Shown: positions 48,586 to 62,100, numbered from the whole stretch's first letter. The stretch: DNA of 63,816 nucleotides, filler included, from Hyphochytrium catenoides (GCA_900088475.1; 14 parts of 14 records of this genome joined end to end with filler, not necessarily neighbours in it); one strand, 5' to 3'. Notes: generated from the sequence alone by a model not told the origin. Numbers and translations are program-made.

Positions 48586-49987
48586 CTTGAGCGGCAAGGG
48601 GCTGGCGACGCAGTACTTAAGTGCCGTGATAGCAGTCCACCGGCAGAGAAGAGGTGATGCTTCTCCACACATGTCAGCAAGAGAGGGAACGAGCTTCTGA
48701 GGATCAATAATGCAGAGCTTCCCGAGGCACTCTGCTACCATGTTCCGGACTCCCTCCTCCTCATTCTCGCAGTGCTCACGGAGAATGGAGTACACTTGAG
48801 ATACATGTCTGTGTACATAGGCACCGACCGGCGGAAAGGAAGGGAGAAGGCAAGGCATGAGTTAGTAGAGGCAAGTCTCTGTGGGCAATCCCGAGGGCAA
48901 TGAGTAGACGCGTTGAGCTGAAAGACATCGAGGCAATGGGACTTAAGGACTCTGGAGAGGAAAGTGCAAAGTGTAAGGGTCGCACGTACGACTGGAATCC
49001 TTCCCTAGCGCTCGGATCAGTGTGGCAGGAAATGACCTCCCTGAGGGCGCTCAGCAGCAAGTACTATCAAAGGTAAGAGATCGGAGACCCTTGATTAGTT
49101 GCGGAGCTGACAAGATATATAAGCGAGGGGACAAGCCAAGGCCTAGTTCCGAAAGAAATGAACTGGCATTCTAAGGATTCCCTTCACTTTTGATAAGCAT
49201 TTCAGATAGACAAAATGTTCATACTCGAGGATCAGGATGAAGGTAAGCCAAGAAGATAGCAAAGAGGAAAGCAGGTCGGCCAATAGGCGCATTACCTCAT
49301 TCTTGCCTTCGGCAAGAGCCTTAAAGAGAATTGGCAAATAGAGTTGCATATTCCCCACGCAGATGCTGCCTAGAGCAAAAGCAGCAGCAGACTTCGTCTC
49401 TTCGCTGCCATGCTCAAAGGCACGTAGCACGACCTACAAAGTACTGAAGATCAGCTGATATGACGAGGAATCACCTTACCAAGGCACAATAGACCGATAA
49501 TGGGTTCACAGGAGCCATGACCCTAATAAGAGACCATGCTGACGGTAACGGCGTGGAAGTAGCAGAGAAAGGCGAATATAGAGCCACAGTGGCAAACGAA
49601 GACAAATAGAGCTCAAACATAGTCCCAGGAGCAAAAGCAAGCATGTGCGGGCACATTGGAATGGGGTCGCGCGAGAGAGTGCGCAATACGATATATAATA
49701 AGCAAGGACATGCAGGGGCCAATATCTCTTACGCCTTGCAGATCAGTCTGGTAGGAAAGGTCCTTCTTCTTTCCAATCTCTCCCAGGCACATCAGTGCTA
49801 GGTGATTGGCGCTGTCTTCATCGTCTCCTTGTCTGCCCCCTTTCAGTTGCTCTACAAAGGACGAAATTGTCTCTCGGCCTCTGGCGTTTTCACCATTCAA
49901 GCAGAGCACTGCGACGCAGCGTGCCACATTGTGCGTTGATTGACGAGGGAGATGCCCGCTCTTTAACAGTGCGGCTAGCAAATCATC
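48586..49987 (-). CDS. CAND1: Cullin-associated NEDD8-dissociated protein 1, internal exons
   Basis: NVARCVAVL, HLALMCLGEIG, SEETKSAAAFALGSICVGNM, YLLLSALREVI, EEEGVRNMVAECLGKL. Confidence 0.93.
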
Positions 49988-50788
49988 TGAGTGATACGAC
50001 AGCGGAGAAACGAAATGAGCCCATAAGTTCACAGACAGCGCCCTCTGGCCTAAGCCATTGAGACGCGCGAGGCTGCAGTGCATAGCCGTAAAGGCGAGCG
50101 AAAGGGAAAATACATCTAAAGCTGCGACGACTCACGCAAGAGGCCTAGCAACAAAGAGGTAGAACCACTAGACAAGCGAGGAAAGGGGAATCGAAAGAGA
50201 CTTAAAGCAAGTGACGACGTAAAAGATGCCTACCGAATGTAGCCCCCGGCGCATTAAGAANNNNNNNNNNNNNNNNNNNNNNNNNNNNNNNNNNNNNNNN
50301 NNNNTTAATTAATTAANNNNNNNNNNNNNNNNNNNNNNNNNNNNNNNNNNNNNNNNNNNNGAGAGAGAGAGAGAGGGAGAGAATAGAGGAGAATAGATAT
50401 ATAGAATTTAGAGAAGGGAACAGAGAGGATGAGGGGAGTTTGAAAGCGGGGATTAAGGATTGTGTTTCTTTGGGGGAGGGGAGAAGAGAGAGAAAAAAGA
50501 AAAGAGAGAGAGAGAGAGAGAGAGAAAGAGGGAGAGAGAGGAGACCGAGTGAGGTGGGAGGAGGGAAGAAAGCGAGAGGAAGGAGGCGAGGATCAAAGGG
50601 AAGGAGGAGAGGGAGGTAAGGGAAAGCGAGAGAAGTTGAGAGAGAAAAGGAAGAGGGAAGAAAGAGAGACAAAGAAAGAGAGAAAGAGAGTCAAGCACCA
50701 AGCCGTTGACCGGAGGGACATAACGACAAAAACAGAAAGGCGGTAAGAAGACGACACACAAGAGAGAAAACAGACAGAAAGGCCTCAC

Positions 50789-50972
50789 TTTGTCCCATGA
50801 CATGCCGCGAAGAGATGTCTCTCTCATCAAACTCTCTCTCTTCTGGCACTCCAAGCTCCTCCACGAAGACTTTTCTCCTAATAATCTTAGCAAGGTCCAT
50901 GGCCCGGCGGTAGGCAGCCCGAGAGCTGCGATGGAAGTAAGTGTGGAAGTGAAGGTTGGGGTTTGTGGGACC
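50789..50972 (-). CDS. Single exon of a GNAT acetyltransferase (ElaA/YjcF-like N-terminal motif)
   Basis: AG/GT-bounded exon reading ...AMDLAKIIRRKVFVEELGVPEEREFDERDISSRHVMG, matching the IRxxVFVxEqGVpxxxEfDxxD motif. Confidence 0.7.
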
Positions 50973-50988
50973 CTAGGAAGAGGTAGGG

Positions 50989-51058
<70 letters not shown>

Positions 51059-51287
51059 CAAAGAGAGACAACAAGGGGGGACAAAGGAGAAAAAGGAGAA
51101 GTGAGCAGGAGAGAGAGAGGGAGTCACAGACACACACAAAGAGAGAGAGAGAGAGAGAGAATGGACACGGGGGTTGGGAGAAGAGTGGGGCAGAAGCGCG
51201 CTAAGGGAAAAGAGAAAACAAAAAGAGAGTGACGCGTAAGAGAAGCGAAGCTGCGAGGGACGGAAATGGAAGAGAGAGAACAAGGAG

Positions 51288-51334
<47 letters not shown>

Positions 51335-51956
51335 GACAGAGAAGAAAGAGAGGAAGGGAAGACGAGACGGAGGAAGAGTGATAAAGTAAGAGAGTGTAGG
51401 AAAGAGAGGTTGAGGACGTAAGGGAGGACTCAGGAAGAGAGAGAAGAAGAGAAGGACCACAGAGAGACCCTAGCACGCTTTCCCTTGAGAAGGAGAGAGG
51501 GGAGACACCACTGCTCTGGGCCAGATGGTTGGAGAGAAAAAAAATGAGAGAGAAAGAGAGAGAGAGAAAGAAAAGGAGAGAAGGAGAAAAAGAAGAGAGA
51601 GAGGAAAGATAAGGAGATGCAGGCAAGAGAGGGGGAGAAGAGAGAGACAAGAGAGAAAGATATGGAGAAGGAATAGAGAGAAAGAATGACGGAGAGAAGA
51701 AAATGGAGAGGAAGCGAGAGAGAGCGACAAAGAGAGATGAGGAGCAAGAGGAAAGAAGAGAGAAGGCGAGAGAGGAAGGCAGAGAAAGAGAGAGAAGAGA
51801 GCTTAACACCTCTTTGAGGAGAGAGAAAAAGGAGAGAGAGAGAGAGAGAGAGAGAGNNNNNNNNNNNNNNNNNNNNNNNNNNNNNNNNNNNNNNNNNNNN
51901 TTAATTAATTAANNNNNNNNNNNNNNNNNNNNNNNNNNNNNNNNNNNNNNNNNNNN

Positions 51957-52081
51957 CTGATGCGCGTTGAGAAAGTCCTCGGTAACCACCCAAGGAGCGT
52001 CTCGAATCACTTCATCCACCCACCGACAGTGCCGAAGAGACTCATAGCTGAGAGAAGAGTGGGAGGAAGAGCGAGAGAGAG

Positions 52082-52115
<34 letters not shown>

Positions 52116-53271
52116 CGGGAGGGAGAGAGAGACGGGGTTGTGGGGTCAACCATGATGGAGAGAGGATAAGTTGGAACCGAAGAGGAATGGAAGTGAAGGC
52201 AAGAGGATGTAAGGTCAAATGCAGGGAAATAGATGGAAGATTGAGCCAGAGAGAGCAGGGCTATCTTACTCTAGTAAGAGTCTAAGTAGAGGGAATGATA
52301 ATGTAGGAGCCGGATAGAAAGAGAGAAATCGAAAGAGAGCAGAAAAGGAGAGATTGATAGCGGCTGAGGGACGGATAGGGAAAGAGGAAGTTTTGATAAC
52401 GAGAGAAGGGAAATGTGGCCTAATCGTCTAAGAATGAGATCCTACCGCTCTTCGTCTGTCATTACTGTCCGTCCTTTCAGCTTGTGAGTTAGCTCATCAC
52501 TGCAGCAGCCCACCTGACAATGGAAGAACGTGAGATAAGATCATCAACAAGGCCTCCTTCTTCTCTCTTTCTTTCTTTCTTTCTTTCTTTCTCTTTCTTT
52601 CTGTCTTTCTTTCTTTGTTCTCTCTCTCCCTCTTGCCCACAGCAGGAGCAGCTTCTTTGTCTGATCTATTGCCGTCACCTCCTTTGCCCTTACCATCAAG
52701 TAGACATTGGGATAGGCCTGCTTACATTGCTGCAAAGCCTGCAAAACAAAAGATATAAGTAGCTGCTACAAGTGAAAGTGAACGAAACCTCTGTCTAGGA
52801 CAAAAAGAAGGCAGAAAGGAGAGAAGATCAACTCCTACTGGGACACGCCAGAGAACTGAGGAGAGCAGAAGATGAGAGAGAAAGGGGAAGAGAAGAAACG
52901 GATCTTCTTGGATTGCGAACAGAAGATCCCTTTCCAAGAGAGCGGGAAGAAAGAAAGAGAGAGAGAGAGATGATTTCTGTTTTCTCACCGCAGCATGGCC
53001 AAAGTGAAAGAGGTCAAAGATTCCATCTGCATAGAGTCTGAGCGGTCTCCCAGTTAGGGAGCCCGGCTGGCCTTCCTTGGGCATCTCATGCGGAATTGGG
53101 GCCTTCTCTCCTAGGGGAACGGAAGGAGAGAGGGATTGTTAACGAGTGAAAGAAAGGAAGAGACGTAGGAAGATTGCGAGAAAGGAACTTCCGGCGTGGC
53201 CCTCTTCGTCTCTCTTATTTTGAGCTTGTACTAGCCAGTTCTCTCTCCAGTTTGTCCTCTCTTCTGCTTGT

Positions 53272-53318
<47 letters not shown>

Positions 53319-53881
53319 TCGCCGGGCGCCCTTTGTCTGTGTGTCTCTCTCTTGTTACACTCTCTTAGTCCTCGTACATTCTTCCCTGTGACCTACCATT
53401 CGGTGGCCACTTGAAGTCCGTCTTTATATTAAGTCTCGCCACCGTTACTGGTGGGAGCTGCACCGTGCTGAAGGCCGCCGCTGGAAGGTTGCTCGGGTTG
53501 ATCTTACCCTTCTTTTCCTTTCTCTCTTCTCTGTCTCTCTCTTCTTCCTCATCCAGAAGTATGAGCTCCGTGCTAGAGACAGCCAACGCATTGTCCTTGT
53601 TTCTCTCTTCTTCTCCTTCCCGTTCTTCTTCTTGCTTTAGCAAGCGTTTCTTTGGAGACTGGCTTAGCTGGTCCTTGCGCTTCTTGGGCGACTGGGTGCC
53701 GTCATGCTGGGGAAAGAGAAGGGAGAGAGACAGGTGTTTTTGAGAAAGAGAGAGCGCGAGGAGAGAGGAGAATGGACGATCAAGAGAAAGAGAGAGGAAG
53801 ACAGAGGATGTTGCAGCGATGAGACACTGGCCATTGCCCTCCTACCTCCTCCTCGGCCTTCCGTTTCTTAGTGTTTGCCAT
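51957..53881 (-). CDS. PCYT1: Choline-phosphate cytidylyltransferase (CCT), 5' part
   Basis: [12 protein letters not shown]|[11 protein letters not shown]...|[20 protein letters not shown]|[15 protein letters not shown]|[23 protein letters not shown]|[26 protein letters not shown] (HxGH motif); truncated by spacer. Confidence 0.93.
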
Positions 53882-55250
53882 GGTTCGAGCTCTAAGAAGA
53901 TCCTACTGAGCACAGCGACTGACTGCTGCTGCTGCTGCTCTCTCTTCTTCTCTCTTCGCCCGCTTGTGAATTCTTCTCTCTTTCTTAACTTCCGCTGTGG
54001 GAGCTCACAACTGGTCGAGGGTATCTGACGAAGCACGAAGAGAAAGTATGGGAGCTCGAGTATGGATCAGTATGTATGATGAGAAGAGAGGAAGAGAGAG
54101 ATGATTGAGGCTGATGAGAAAGGCGCCTACATGTAGAAGAGACGAGGAAGGGAGAGCACAACGAGACAGAGCGGAGAGAGAGACAGAGACGGAGAGAGAG
54201 ACACACAGAGAGGGAGTGAGAGAGAGAGAGACAGAGAGAGAGACACAGAGAGAGAGGAAGAGAGAGAGAGAGAGAGAAAGCATCAATCTTGCTGTTCTGT
54301 CTCTCTCTCTCTCTTGTTCTCCCTTCTCTCACACTCACACACGCGATCCCCTGTCACTGTCGGCCCCAAAGGGGTGACCGTCAGTACAGCAGGGTAATCG
54401 GCGACAGAGCCAATAAGAATCTGTGATAAACCCAACCCTAACACCCAGGGTGAGTGTCTTCAGCCCTTCCACCATAGGCTTTCCCTGCACCATAGGGTAG
54501 GTACCGCTCTTAATGAAGGGAAGTCCATAGTAATTAGTATTAATGGGGGTGGAGCCCCCCCTGGGGTGAGCCCCTCGCCATGACCATTGAGAATCTTGGG
54601 CATCAGAAAGCTCTGTCTGCAGCTTCGTAAAGGCGATGAATCTTCATAAAGGAGATTCGTGCACCGGAGTAACGTCCTAGCGGTGGCGGACGTAGGAGAG
54701 CCGGGCCCAGAGGAGGAAGATGTAAGCATGAATTGATCTATGTAGGTGCAAGCGGCCTTGGCTGTTAGCCCACCCTTCTTATAAACTTTGACATTATAGA
54801 GAGAAAGTGATTGTAGTCTGTGGGAGAGGTCAAGGAGGAGCTAAATGATCGCTAGATATTGATGCTACGGGCTGGTGCCACTCACTGGCTTATCGTCTGC
54901 GGCTGGAATTGAGGATAAAAGAAGGGCCATAGAGAGAGCTGACAAACTGCGACTGAGACGGCTAACAGGACCATCATCCGCATCCGCCTTACGTTTGGAT
55001 CATGCAGATAGCGACTGGTAGGTAATAATAAACAATATTAATGAAACTGTAGGGAGATAGCAGCTGCGGCCCCACAGCAGCTGGAGTCTGTGAGTCCAAG
55101 CTGAAGAGGAAAGGTAATAGAAAACATACCCGGAGAGAGAGAAGCATAAGACAAAGAAGCAACGTCAGACAGTTTACTATGACAGGCGCAGTCATGGAGT
55201 AGGCACGTCCACCAGGAAGGGCAATAATATAAAGATAGAAGATCAAGCAC

Positions 55251-57320
55251 TCATGAGGAAGGAACTTGCCCAAAGGTCACAGCCATGGCCTTGGGGGGAT
55301 GTATGCCCAGCATCAGGGCAACTGCCACACATGTGGCAGCTACCCCTTCTCCTGCTATCATGCCCCCACCCAGCGCCGGCCCAAAGAGATGCGCATGATC
55401 TCTGTCAACCCTCTTCCAGAAGAACTTGATCAGGTATCCTATCATTGGGTTGATGCCAAAGGCCGGACGAATGTAACCACCAATGGCGAAGGCCATAGAG
55501 TTAGGCAGGAGGATGGTATATCGGGAGGGCAGAACATCGTTAAGAATGTTGTTGACAAGGGTCCACACTCCAAAGGCCACGGCAAACCATACGACATGAG
55601 GAGGGAGAAAAGTCTTGAAGCCTCCCATGAACAGAAAGGCGAGCGTTCTGAGAGCGACAGCGTTCGGAGCTTGGTACTGTCCTGTGGATGTGATAGGATA
55701 GGCTTCTAAAAAGAGAGAATAGGTTAGAGGAGTGATGAAGCACGCAACTAGCGCGCCGAAGACCTGCGCCTTGAACATTGAACGCGTGGAAGTCCCTGTC
55801 ATAAATGCTGTCCGATAGTCACTCAGGATGTCATTCGATGATCCTACAGACACCATTCCGATGCCTGCCAGCCAAAGAAGAGTCGTGACGCCTCCCAGCC
55901 CCTGCTGCCCTAATGTTACGCCGAACGCAATGATGATAAACTTTCCTATAGAAGAGACTATGCCAATGTCCGTCAAGGCCGCGCCCAGGTTGATGCCATA
56001 GCCTAGGACAGGTCCTGTAAGTATAGCCAGGAGACAGAGGTACCAAGGAACGTCAAAGAGAAGAGGAGTGGTGAGACAGACAAGGATGCTGTTGAGGAGA
56101 AATCCTCCTAACCAAAACCACGTGGGGATGTCCCTGTTTGCAGCCACTTCCTCTTCCTCTTCTGGGATAGAAGAGGACAGTCTCTCTCTCTGCCTGCGTA
56201 GGAGAAGAAGGTACTGCACTAGCACCTTCACCAGTTGGTAGATGCTGTCCACCACTGTGATAGAGAGAGAGGAGATGAACCAGTAGCTCTTCAGCCCTTG
56301 CATATCGGTCTCTTGCTCGTCAAACCAAAGGTTTCTATAGTTCCAGGCAAGTGGAGAGATGATCCCAAACATCGTTATAGCGCCTGCGAGCATCGACCAC
56401 GCGGACTTGAAGCTGATCAGCACCCCGCTGCCTATAAAGGCTGTAGACCAGTCTAAATACCACATAAACGGATCTGCAGCCGCAGCGCCGAAGATGGGCC
56501 AGCTCTCCATGTGACCTCCCGCGTTGAACAGCCACTTCCACCAGTACCAGACGAACGACACGAGCATTGTTCTCAACAAAAAAGCGACCATCTTCGTCGC
56601 GGCCTCGCTTCCTCCACCGCTGTGTAAGGCTGATATAACAATTGCAGTGGCAGTGGGAGTGGGCCAAGGGTAGTCATGCTCCACAATGAGACTCCTCCGC
56701 ATAGGCTGTGCCATAAAGAAGCCTAAGCAAATGACGGAGAGCAGCCAGGCAAGGGCGGTAGGGTAGGTGATACTATACGTGCTCGCCGCAGCGCCCCCGA
56801 TAATCCCAGTCGCAGCCGCTACTTCTGGCGACATCGCGAGGATGTACGTTGAGAAGCCCCCAGTAAAGACTGCACTCTGCCCTGTTACCGCTGTTGTCTG
56901 AAGGATCACATTCTCATGCACGGTAAACTTCAGCTTACTTCCGATCACCCTCGAGATCAGTCTCATAGCGGCAAAGCCTATGAGAGAAGTTGTGATGGGT
57001 CCACCGAAGGAACTGCCGCTCAAGATGCCAAAGTATATATTCTGAGTACCGACTATGACACCGAGCAGTGAGCCAAATATGAGAGAGCGCCACGTGATGT
57101 CATGCTCAAAGGTGTTCTCTAGCAAGTAATGGCCCATGCCCGATATCCTCGCCGTCCTCGACTCCACTTTCCTGGACTTGCTGGTGGACATGGGAACCTT
57201 GAGATAGCCTGGGACTAGAGAGGAATAGCTCGGGTGTCGGGGACTGACGGGAGGAGAGAGATAGGCAGGAGACGAAGGAGAAGGAGAGGAGACGACAGCA
57301 GAGCTTCGTCGCATTTCCAT
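55251..57320 (-). CDS. OPT-superfamily transporter, YSL-like clade
   Basis: 689-aa intronless multi-TM ORF; ITWRSLIFG, FTVHENVILQT, PMRRSLIV...YPWPTPTATA, LTDIGIVSSIGK, LSDYRTAFMTGTSTRSMFKAQVFG, LPNSMAFAIG, GGMIAGEG. Confidence 0.92.
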   Translation of the reverse strand: MEMRRSSAVVSSPSPSSPAYLSPPVSPRHPSYSSLVPGYLKVPMSTSKSRKVESRTARISGMGHYLLENTFEHDITWRSLIFGSLLGVIVGTQNIYFGILSGSSFGGPITTSLIGFAAMRLISRVIGSKLKFTVHENVILQTTAVTGQSAVFTGGFSTYILAMSPEVAAATGIIGGAAASTYSITYPTALAWLLSVICLGFFMAQPMRRSLIVEHDYPWPTPTATAIVISALHSGGGSEAATKMVAFLLRTMLVSFVWYWWKWLFNAGGHMESWPIFGAAAADPFMWYLDWSTAFIGSGVLISFKSAWSMLAGAITMFGIISPLAWNYRNLWFDEQETDMQGLKSYWFISSLSITVVDSIYQLVKVLVQYLLLLRRQRERLSSSIPEEEEEVAANRDIPTWFWLGGFLLNSILVCLTTPLLFDVPWYLCLLAILTGPVLGYGINLGAALTDIGIVSSIGKFIIIAFGVTLGQQGLGGVTTLLWLAGIGMVSVGSSNDILSDYRTAFMTGTSTRSMFKAQVFGALVACFITPLTYSLFLEAYPITSTGQYQAPNAVALRTLAFLFMGGFKTFLPPHVVWFAVAFGVWTLVNNILNDVLPSRYTILLPNSMAFAIGGYIRPAFGINPMIGYLIKFFWKRVDRDHAHLFGPALGGGMIAGEGVAATCVAVALMLGIHPPKAMAVTFGQVPSS

Positions 57321-57387
57321 AGCTGCTGGTCTTCGATTAGTTTGGAAGCGTGTTTCTCACAATCTGGAGATGGCTCTCTCTCTCTCT

Positions 57388-57426
<39 letters not shown>

Positions 57427-57841
57427 CCATCTTCCTTGTATGCTTGTCGATCACGCCATGAGACTTCCACCTCTTGATTCTCATTATACTTTCTTGGACG
57501 GCCGACGTGACTCAGCGTTGGTGTCTTCACTCCTGCTTATCGTCCACTGCTGGCTGTTACTGTTGCCTCCGTCTTGAGAAAAAGTGCATGTCTCTTCTGG
57601 CAACTGATGGCATGAGCTCTCGCTCTCTCTCCCACTCTCTCTCTCGCTCTCTCTCTCTTCTCTCTCTATTGTAATCTCAGCCTTGAACTGCAGAGAAAGG
57701 CGATGATCGATAGTGCGAAGACTGGAGCAGAGAATAAAAAGGAAGAATCAGAATCGCATCTACAGATCGCCCCTCCTACACAGGAACTACCTCTGTTTCT
57801 TCTCCTACCTCAAAGTCACATCCTTTCAACCATATATTTCC

Positions 57842-57882
<41 letters not shown>

Positions 57883-59156
57883 TTCTCTCTCTCTCTCTGT
57901 CTCTCTCTGTGTGTCTCTCTCTCTGTGTGTGTGTCTCTCTCTTTCTCTCTTTCTCTCTCTCTCTCTGTCTCTCTCTGTGTCTCTCTCTGTGTGTGTGTGT
58001 CTCTCTCTTTCTCTCTTTCTCTCTTTCTCTCTTTCTCTCTTTCTCTCTCTCTCNNNNNNNNNNNNNNNNNNNNNNNNNNNNNNNNNNNNNNNNNNNNNNN
58101 NNNNNNNNNNNNNNNNNNNNNNNNNCTCTCTCTCTCTCTCTCTCTCCCGCTCGCTCGCTCTCTCGCTCTCCTCCAGAAGCAATGAAAGTCCACCCTCCGA
58201 ACGATGACGCACTGTTGTAATCCAGAGGCGTTGTATCCAGCTAAAATGTATGAAGTTCGTCGCTGTAGTACCAACCAGTGGGCATAGTTAATATTAGGGG
58301 AACTAGAGAACAGCATAAGAACCTCAATCTGTCTATGGATGGACCTCCCGTGGGCCGAAGGTGGTGACCTGACCTTTTACAGCCATTCACAGTGAAGAAC
58401 TCAAGGGGGAACCGGCGGTAACCCCACTGTGTGGCCCACTCACCCGCAACCAATCTTTCAGCAGAGCAGTTCCAAACAGCGTATCAAGGAAACTCAAGGG
58501 CTTGTTGTCCTGAATTATTTCGTTTCTTCCCCGAGAAATGTTTCGTGTGAAAGCTTCGGTTGATACAGCCCTCCAAAGTCCGTTACACCTTGGAACCTCG
58601 ACTTTCTGGACACCAAACGATCATGAGTGCACTCAGACATTGGGACATCGCCCCCATCACCTTGTCCTCCTCCTCCCTGGCCCATTGGCCCCTTGCTTCT
58701 TCGCTCTTTACTCTGTTGATCACTTTGTCAACAGAGCGGGCTAGCCTGAGGACAGAGCTGGAGCGTGAACTGACCCCAGGAAGGTCCTTCTCACGCGGCA
58801 GGAAGAGAAGTTATCTTGGCGGCTGCGTTCACATCGATTGACAACCCCTATAGAGCGCGCCCAGCCTCTGCTCTGATGGTCTCTGCATACACCCTCGCCG
58901 GGCTAGCCTCTGCCTTTGGATGCGCAGCATAGCCTCTTCGATACATCTCTTCCTCTACGGACTGTTATTTCAGTAGCAGGTAGAGCTAAGGGCGAAGTCT
59001 TCTGGCTACGATAAGTAACCCCTTTGCGTGCACATGGTATCCCTTCTCAAGNNNNNNNNNNNNNNNNNNNNNNNNNNNNNNNNNNNNNNNNNNNNTTAAT
59101 TAATTAANNNNNNNNNNNNNNNNNNNNNNNNNNNNNNNNNNNNNNNNNNNNAGTTT

Positions 59157-59196
59157 TGTACGCTCCGGGATTTGAACCCAGGACCTCTGTCTTTGA
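59157..59196 (-). tRNA. 3' half of an interrupted tRNA-like sequence (variable region, T-arm/B box, acceptor 3' strand)
   Basis: Minus strand TCAAAGAC-AGAGGTC-CTGGG-TTCAAAT-CCCGG-AGCGTAC-A; T stem pairs; B box GGTTCAAATCC. Confidence 0.75.
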
Positions 59197-62100
59197 CAGG
59201 GTTTCGACTCCTTGCGAGATTGCAAATTGCACCCCTGCAATTTGCATGCAAATTGCGTCTGCGATTTATCGCCTGATAAATTGCACCCATAAATTGCACC
59301 TTGGGAGGTATGAGGATTGGGGATAGAAGGCCAAGACTCTCCTCAAATCTGGTATTAGAATGATTATAACAACCTACCCTAAGAATCCACCGTGATAACA
59401 AACCAGCTACAGGACTTACAAAGCTGTGAGATTCGTTTCTTACCTAAACCTTAACCCGCAGCATTCACCAACAGCAACCATTGTCAATGATCCATCATCG
59501 CAGCAAAGATGACAGAAGAAGAAGAGGAGTACTACTCACCATATCGATCATTGGTGGTGGAGGTGCGCTCTTCGATGATGGCGGCGCCGTGATGTGCCTT
59601 CTCTCCTCCGTGCCGCTAGTAGCTGCTACCCTCCTGCACCTAAACTATCTTTTCGCCCTGCTGCTGCTGCTGATGTTGTTGACTGCTGCTGGGTGGTGGT
59701 GGTGGTGGTGACATCATCCGTTCTTCTTCGGCGGTGAAAACGCAGTTAGCGGGCTCATAAAACTCTTCATCGCTTTTGAAGAAGCAGCACGATGCCGAAG
59801 CCCAGGTCATGGGCTTGGGTTCACTTCACCCAGTATACTCCTTCTAGAGAGGATGGTACTATACATGAGGATGGCGGAGGAGGAAGTGGCAACAACAAGA
59901 GGCAGCAGAAAGCCAGATGTAACTTTTGTGGCCATATGTTGACCAAAGATGCGAAGAGAATGTGCCAGCATCTGGCCAATAGCTGTAAGGAGGTCCCCTT
60001 GGAGGTCCGAGGCGATGCGGCTGAACGCCTAGCCAATCATCGCCGCGACACCGCCGGAAATAATAGTAACCGTACTACCCAAGACTATTCCTCCTCCGCC
60101 AACAACGACGGCCGCGCTACGCCCTCAACAGCAGAGAATGCTGCGACTGCTGGTACGGATGGGCATGGTGCTCGCAATGGGTCCAGCTCTAGACATTCAC
60201 AGCAGGACATCAGGGCTGCAAGGGGAGCAAGGAGTGGTGTGGTTCAGATCTCAAGGGACGAGATGGAAGCCCTACATCTGGAATTTGCTGAATCCATGTT
60301 TCACTCTGGACTGTCTCTTAGTGTCTTCAAGAACGACGACAGGTGGACAAGATTTTTTCAGAAGCTCAATCCCGCTTTTAGGCTACCATCTAACGATGTC
60401 CTAGGAGGGAGGCTGCTGGACATTACGTACGAGCAGGTGAAGGAGCGGGTGACGCAACGCGTAAAAGAGAGCAAGGGTGGATTGACATTGGTATCAGACG
60501 GGTGGAGCAACTTGAGGCGAGAATCTATCATTAACTTCATGGTTACTTCTCCCCAGCCTTTCTTTGTGGAAGCAGTGGCATCCGGCACCGAACGGCATAC
60601 AGCCCAGTACATGGCGAAGGAATTGGATAGAGTCATTGAGAAGTGTGGAGGAGGCCCGGATTGGCTGAACCCAAACAAGGTTGGAGTGACAGCGGTCATC
60701 ACTGACAACGCTGCCAACATGAAGGCCGCGTGGGCTATCCTTCAAAGAAAGTATGAGACAATGCTTTTTCTCCCATGCCTGTCTCATACCTTGCAGCTCC
60801 TCATCCAGGATCTCTGCAAGGTACCAGTGGTGGCGAAGCACCTTAAAAGAGGAAAAAAGGTGGTGAAGTACTTCAAGAACAAGCAGATCCCGGCATCAGT
60901 CTTACGTGAGGAGCTTCCCCGAGCGGGTGTGCGAGCGAAGTCTCTGAAGCTGCCTGGAAAAACAAGATGGGGTTCTCAGCTCATCATGCTTCAGTCCTTG
61001 GTGGACGTCAAGCGCGGACTTCAGGCGGTGCAAGAACTGGCTGGATCTGCAGAAGACCCCACTGATGGCTACCCCTGGGAGAGAGGTGTACTAGACCTTG
61101 TGGGGAGCTCTCATTTTTGGAAGGGTGTTGCTGGAGTCATCCACATTCTTTCCGTGCCAGTCAACCTTCTCAATTACTGTCAGAGTGATCATCCTTCCTT
61201 GATGGAGGTTGAGCGCATTAGAACCGAGCTGGAGGCGCATTTGCTCTCTCCCAATCTTGGGGATGGAAAGCTGGTTATACCTGATGAAGACAAAAGCGCC
61301 ATCGAAGAGGCCCTTCGTGCCAGGCTTAAGATGATGGACCATCCTGTTTATGTTTTGGCCGACATTTTGGATCCCCGGAGCAGGGGGCAGCTACTAGAGG
61401 ATCACGATCGATGGGAAGCGTCTACCCGTTTTTTGGTAAAACTATGTGGCGGCAATATAGCAGTGGAGAAGGAGGTCTTCGAAGCACTGGACCAGTACCG
61501 AGCCCAAACCGGACCATTTAGGCCATATCTTTGGGAACAATTGCAGAAAGACGGCGCCAGGGCCGACATGTCTCCCTTTGATTGGTGGCTAGCTCTGCCA
61601 CCTATGGTTCAGAAGAAGTGCACTCATCTCCGCGCAATAGCGCTGAAGATTCTTTCCATACCCGCTTCGTCAGCGACGGCAGAGCGATGCTGGAGCACTT
61701 TCGGCTTTGTCCATAACAAAATAAGGAACAGGCTGAAGAACGATAAAGTCATCAAGCTTGTCTACTGCTATCAAAACTTGCGGAACCTGGATAATGCTGA
61801 ACTCGGTCGATTCGCGACTGCTCGGAAGAGAAGAGATCGAGATGCTCCTATACCAAACAGCAGCAGTGACGATGAAGCCGGGCCTGGGGCGAGCGGGGGA
61901 ATATCAAGGCCCAGGGGTCAGGCAAGAAGAGGAGCAAACAGAGGTGGTGGAGCTAACGATGAAGAAATGAAGAACGAAGATGATCTTTTTGGATCGGCGG
62001 GGATAGACTTTGCTGATCCGTCCACGCTTTCTTCTTCTTCTGACGAAGAAGATAGTGATAATAGTGATATCGATGAAGAAGAGGGAGGAGATGATGATGA

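Noticed and set aside
59481-59711. Second ORF inside the hAT element
   Set aside because: Short and low-complexity (GGT/GCT repeats), no recognisable motif; likely 5' non-coding region of the transposase
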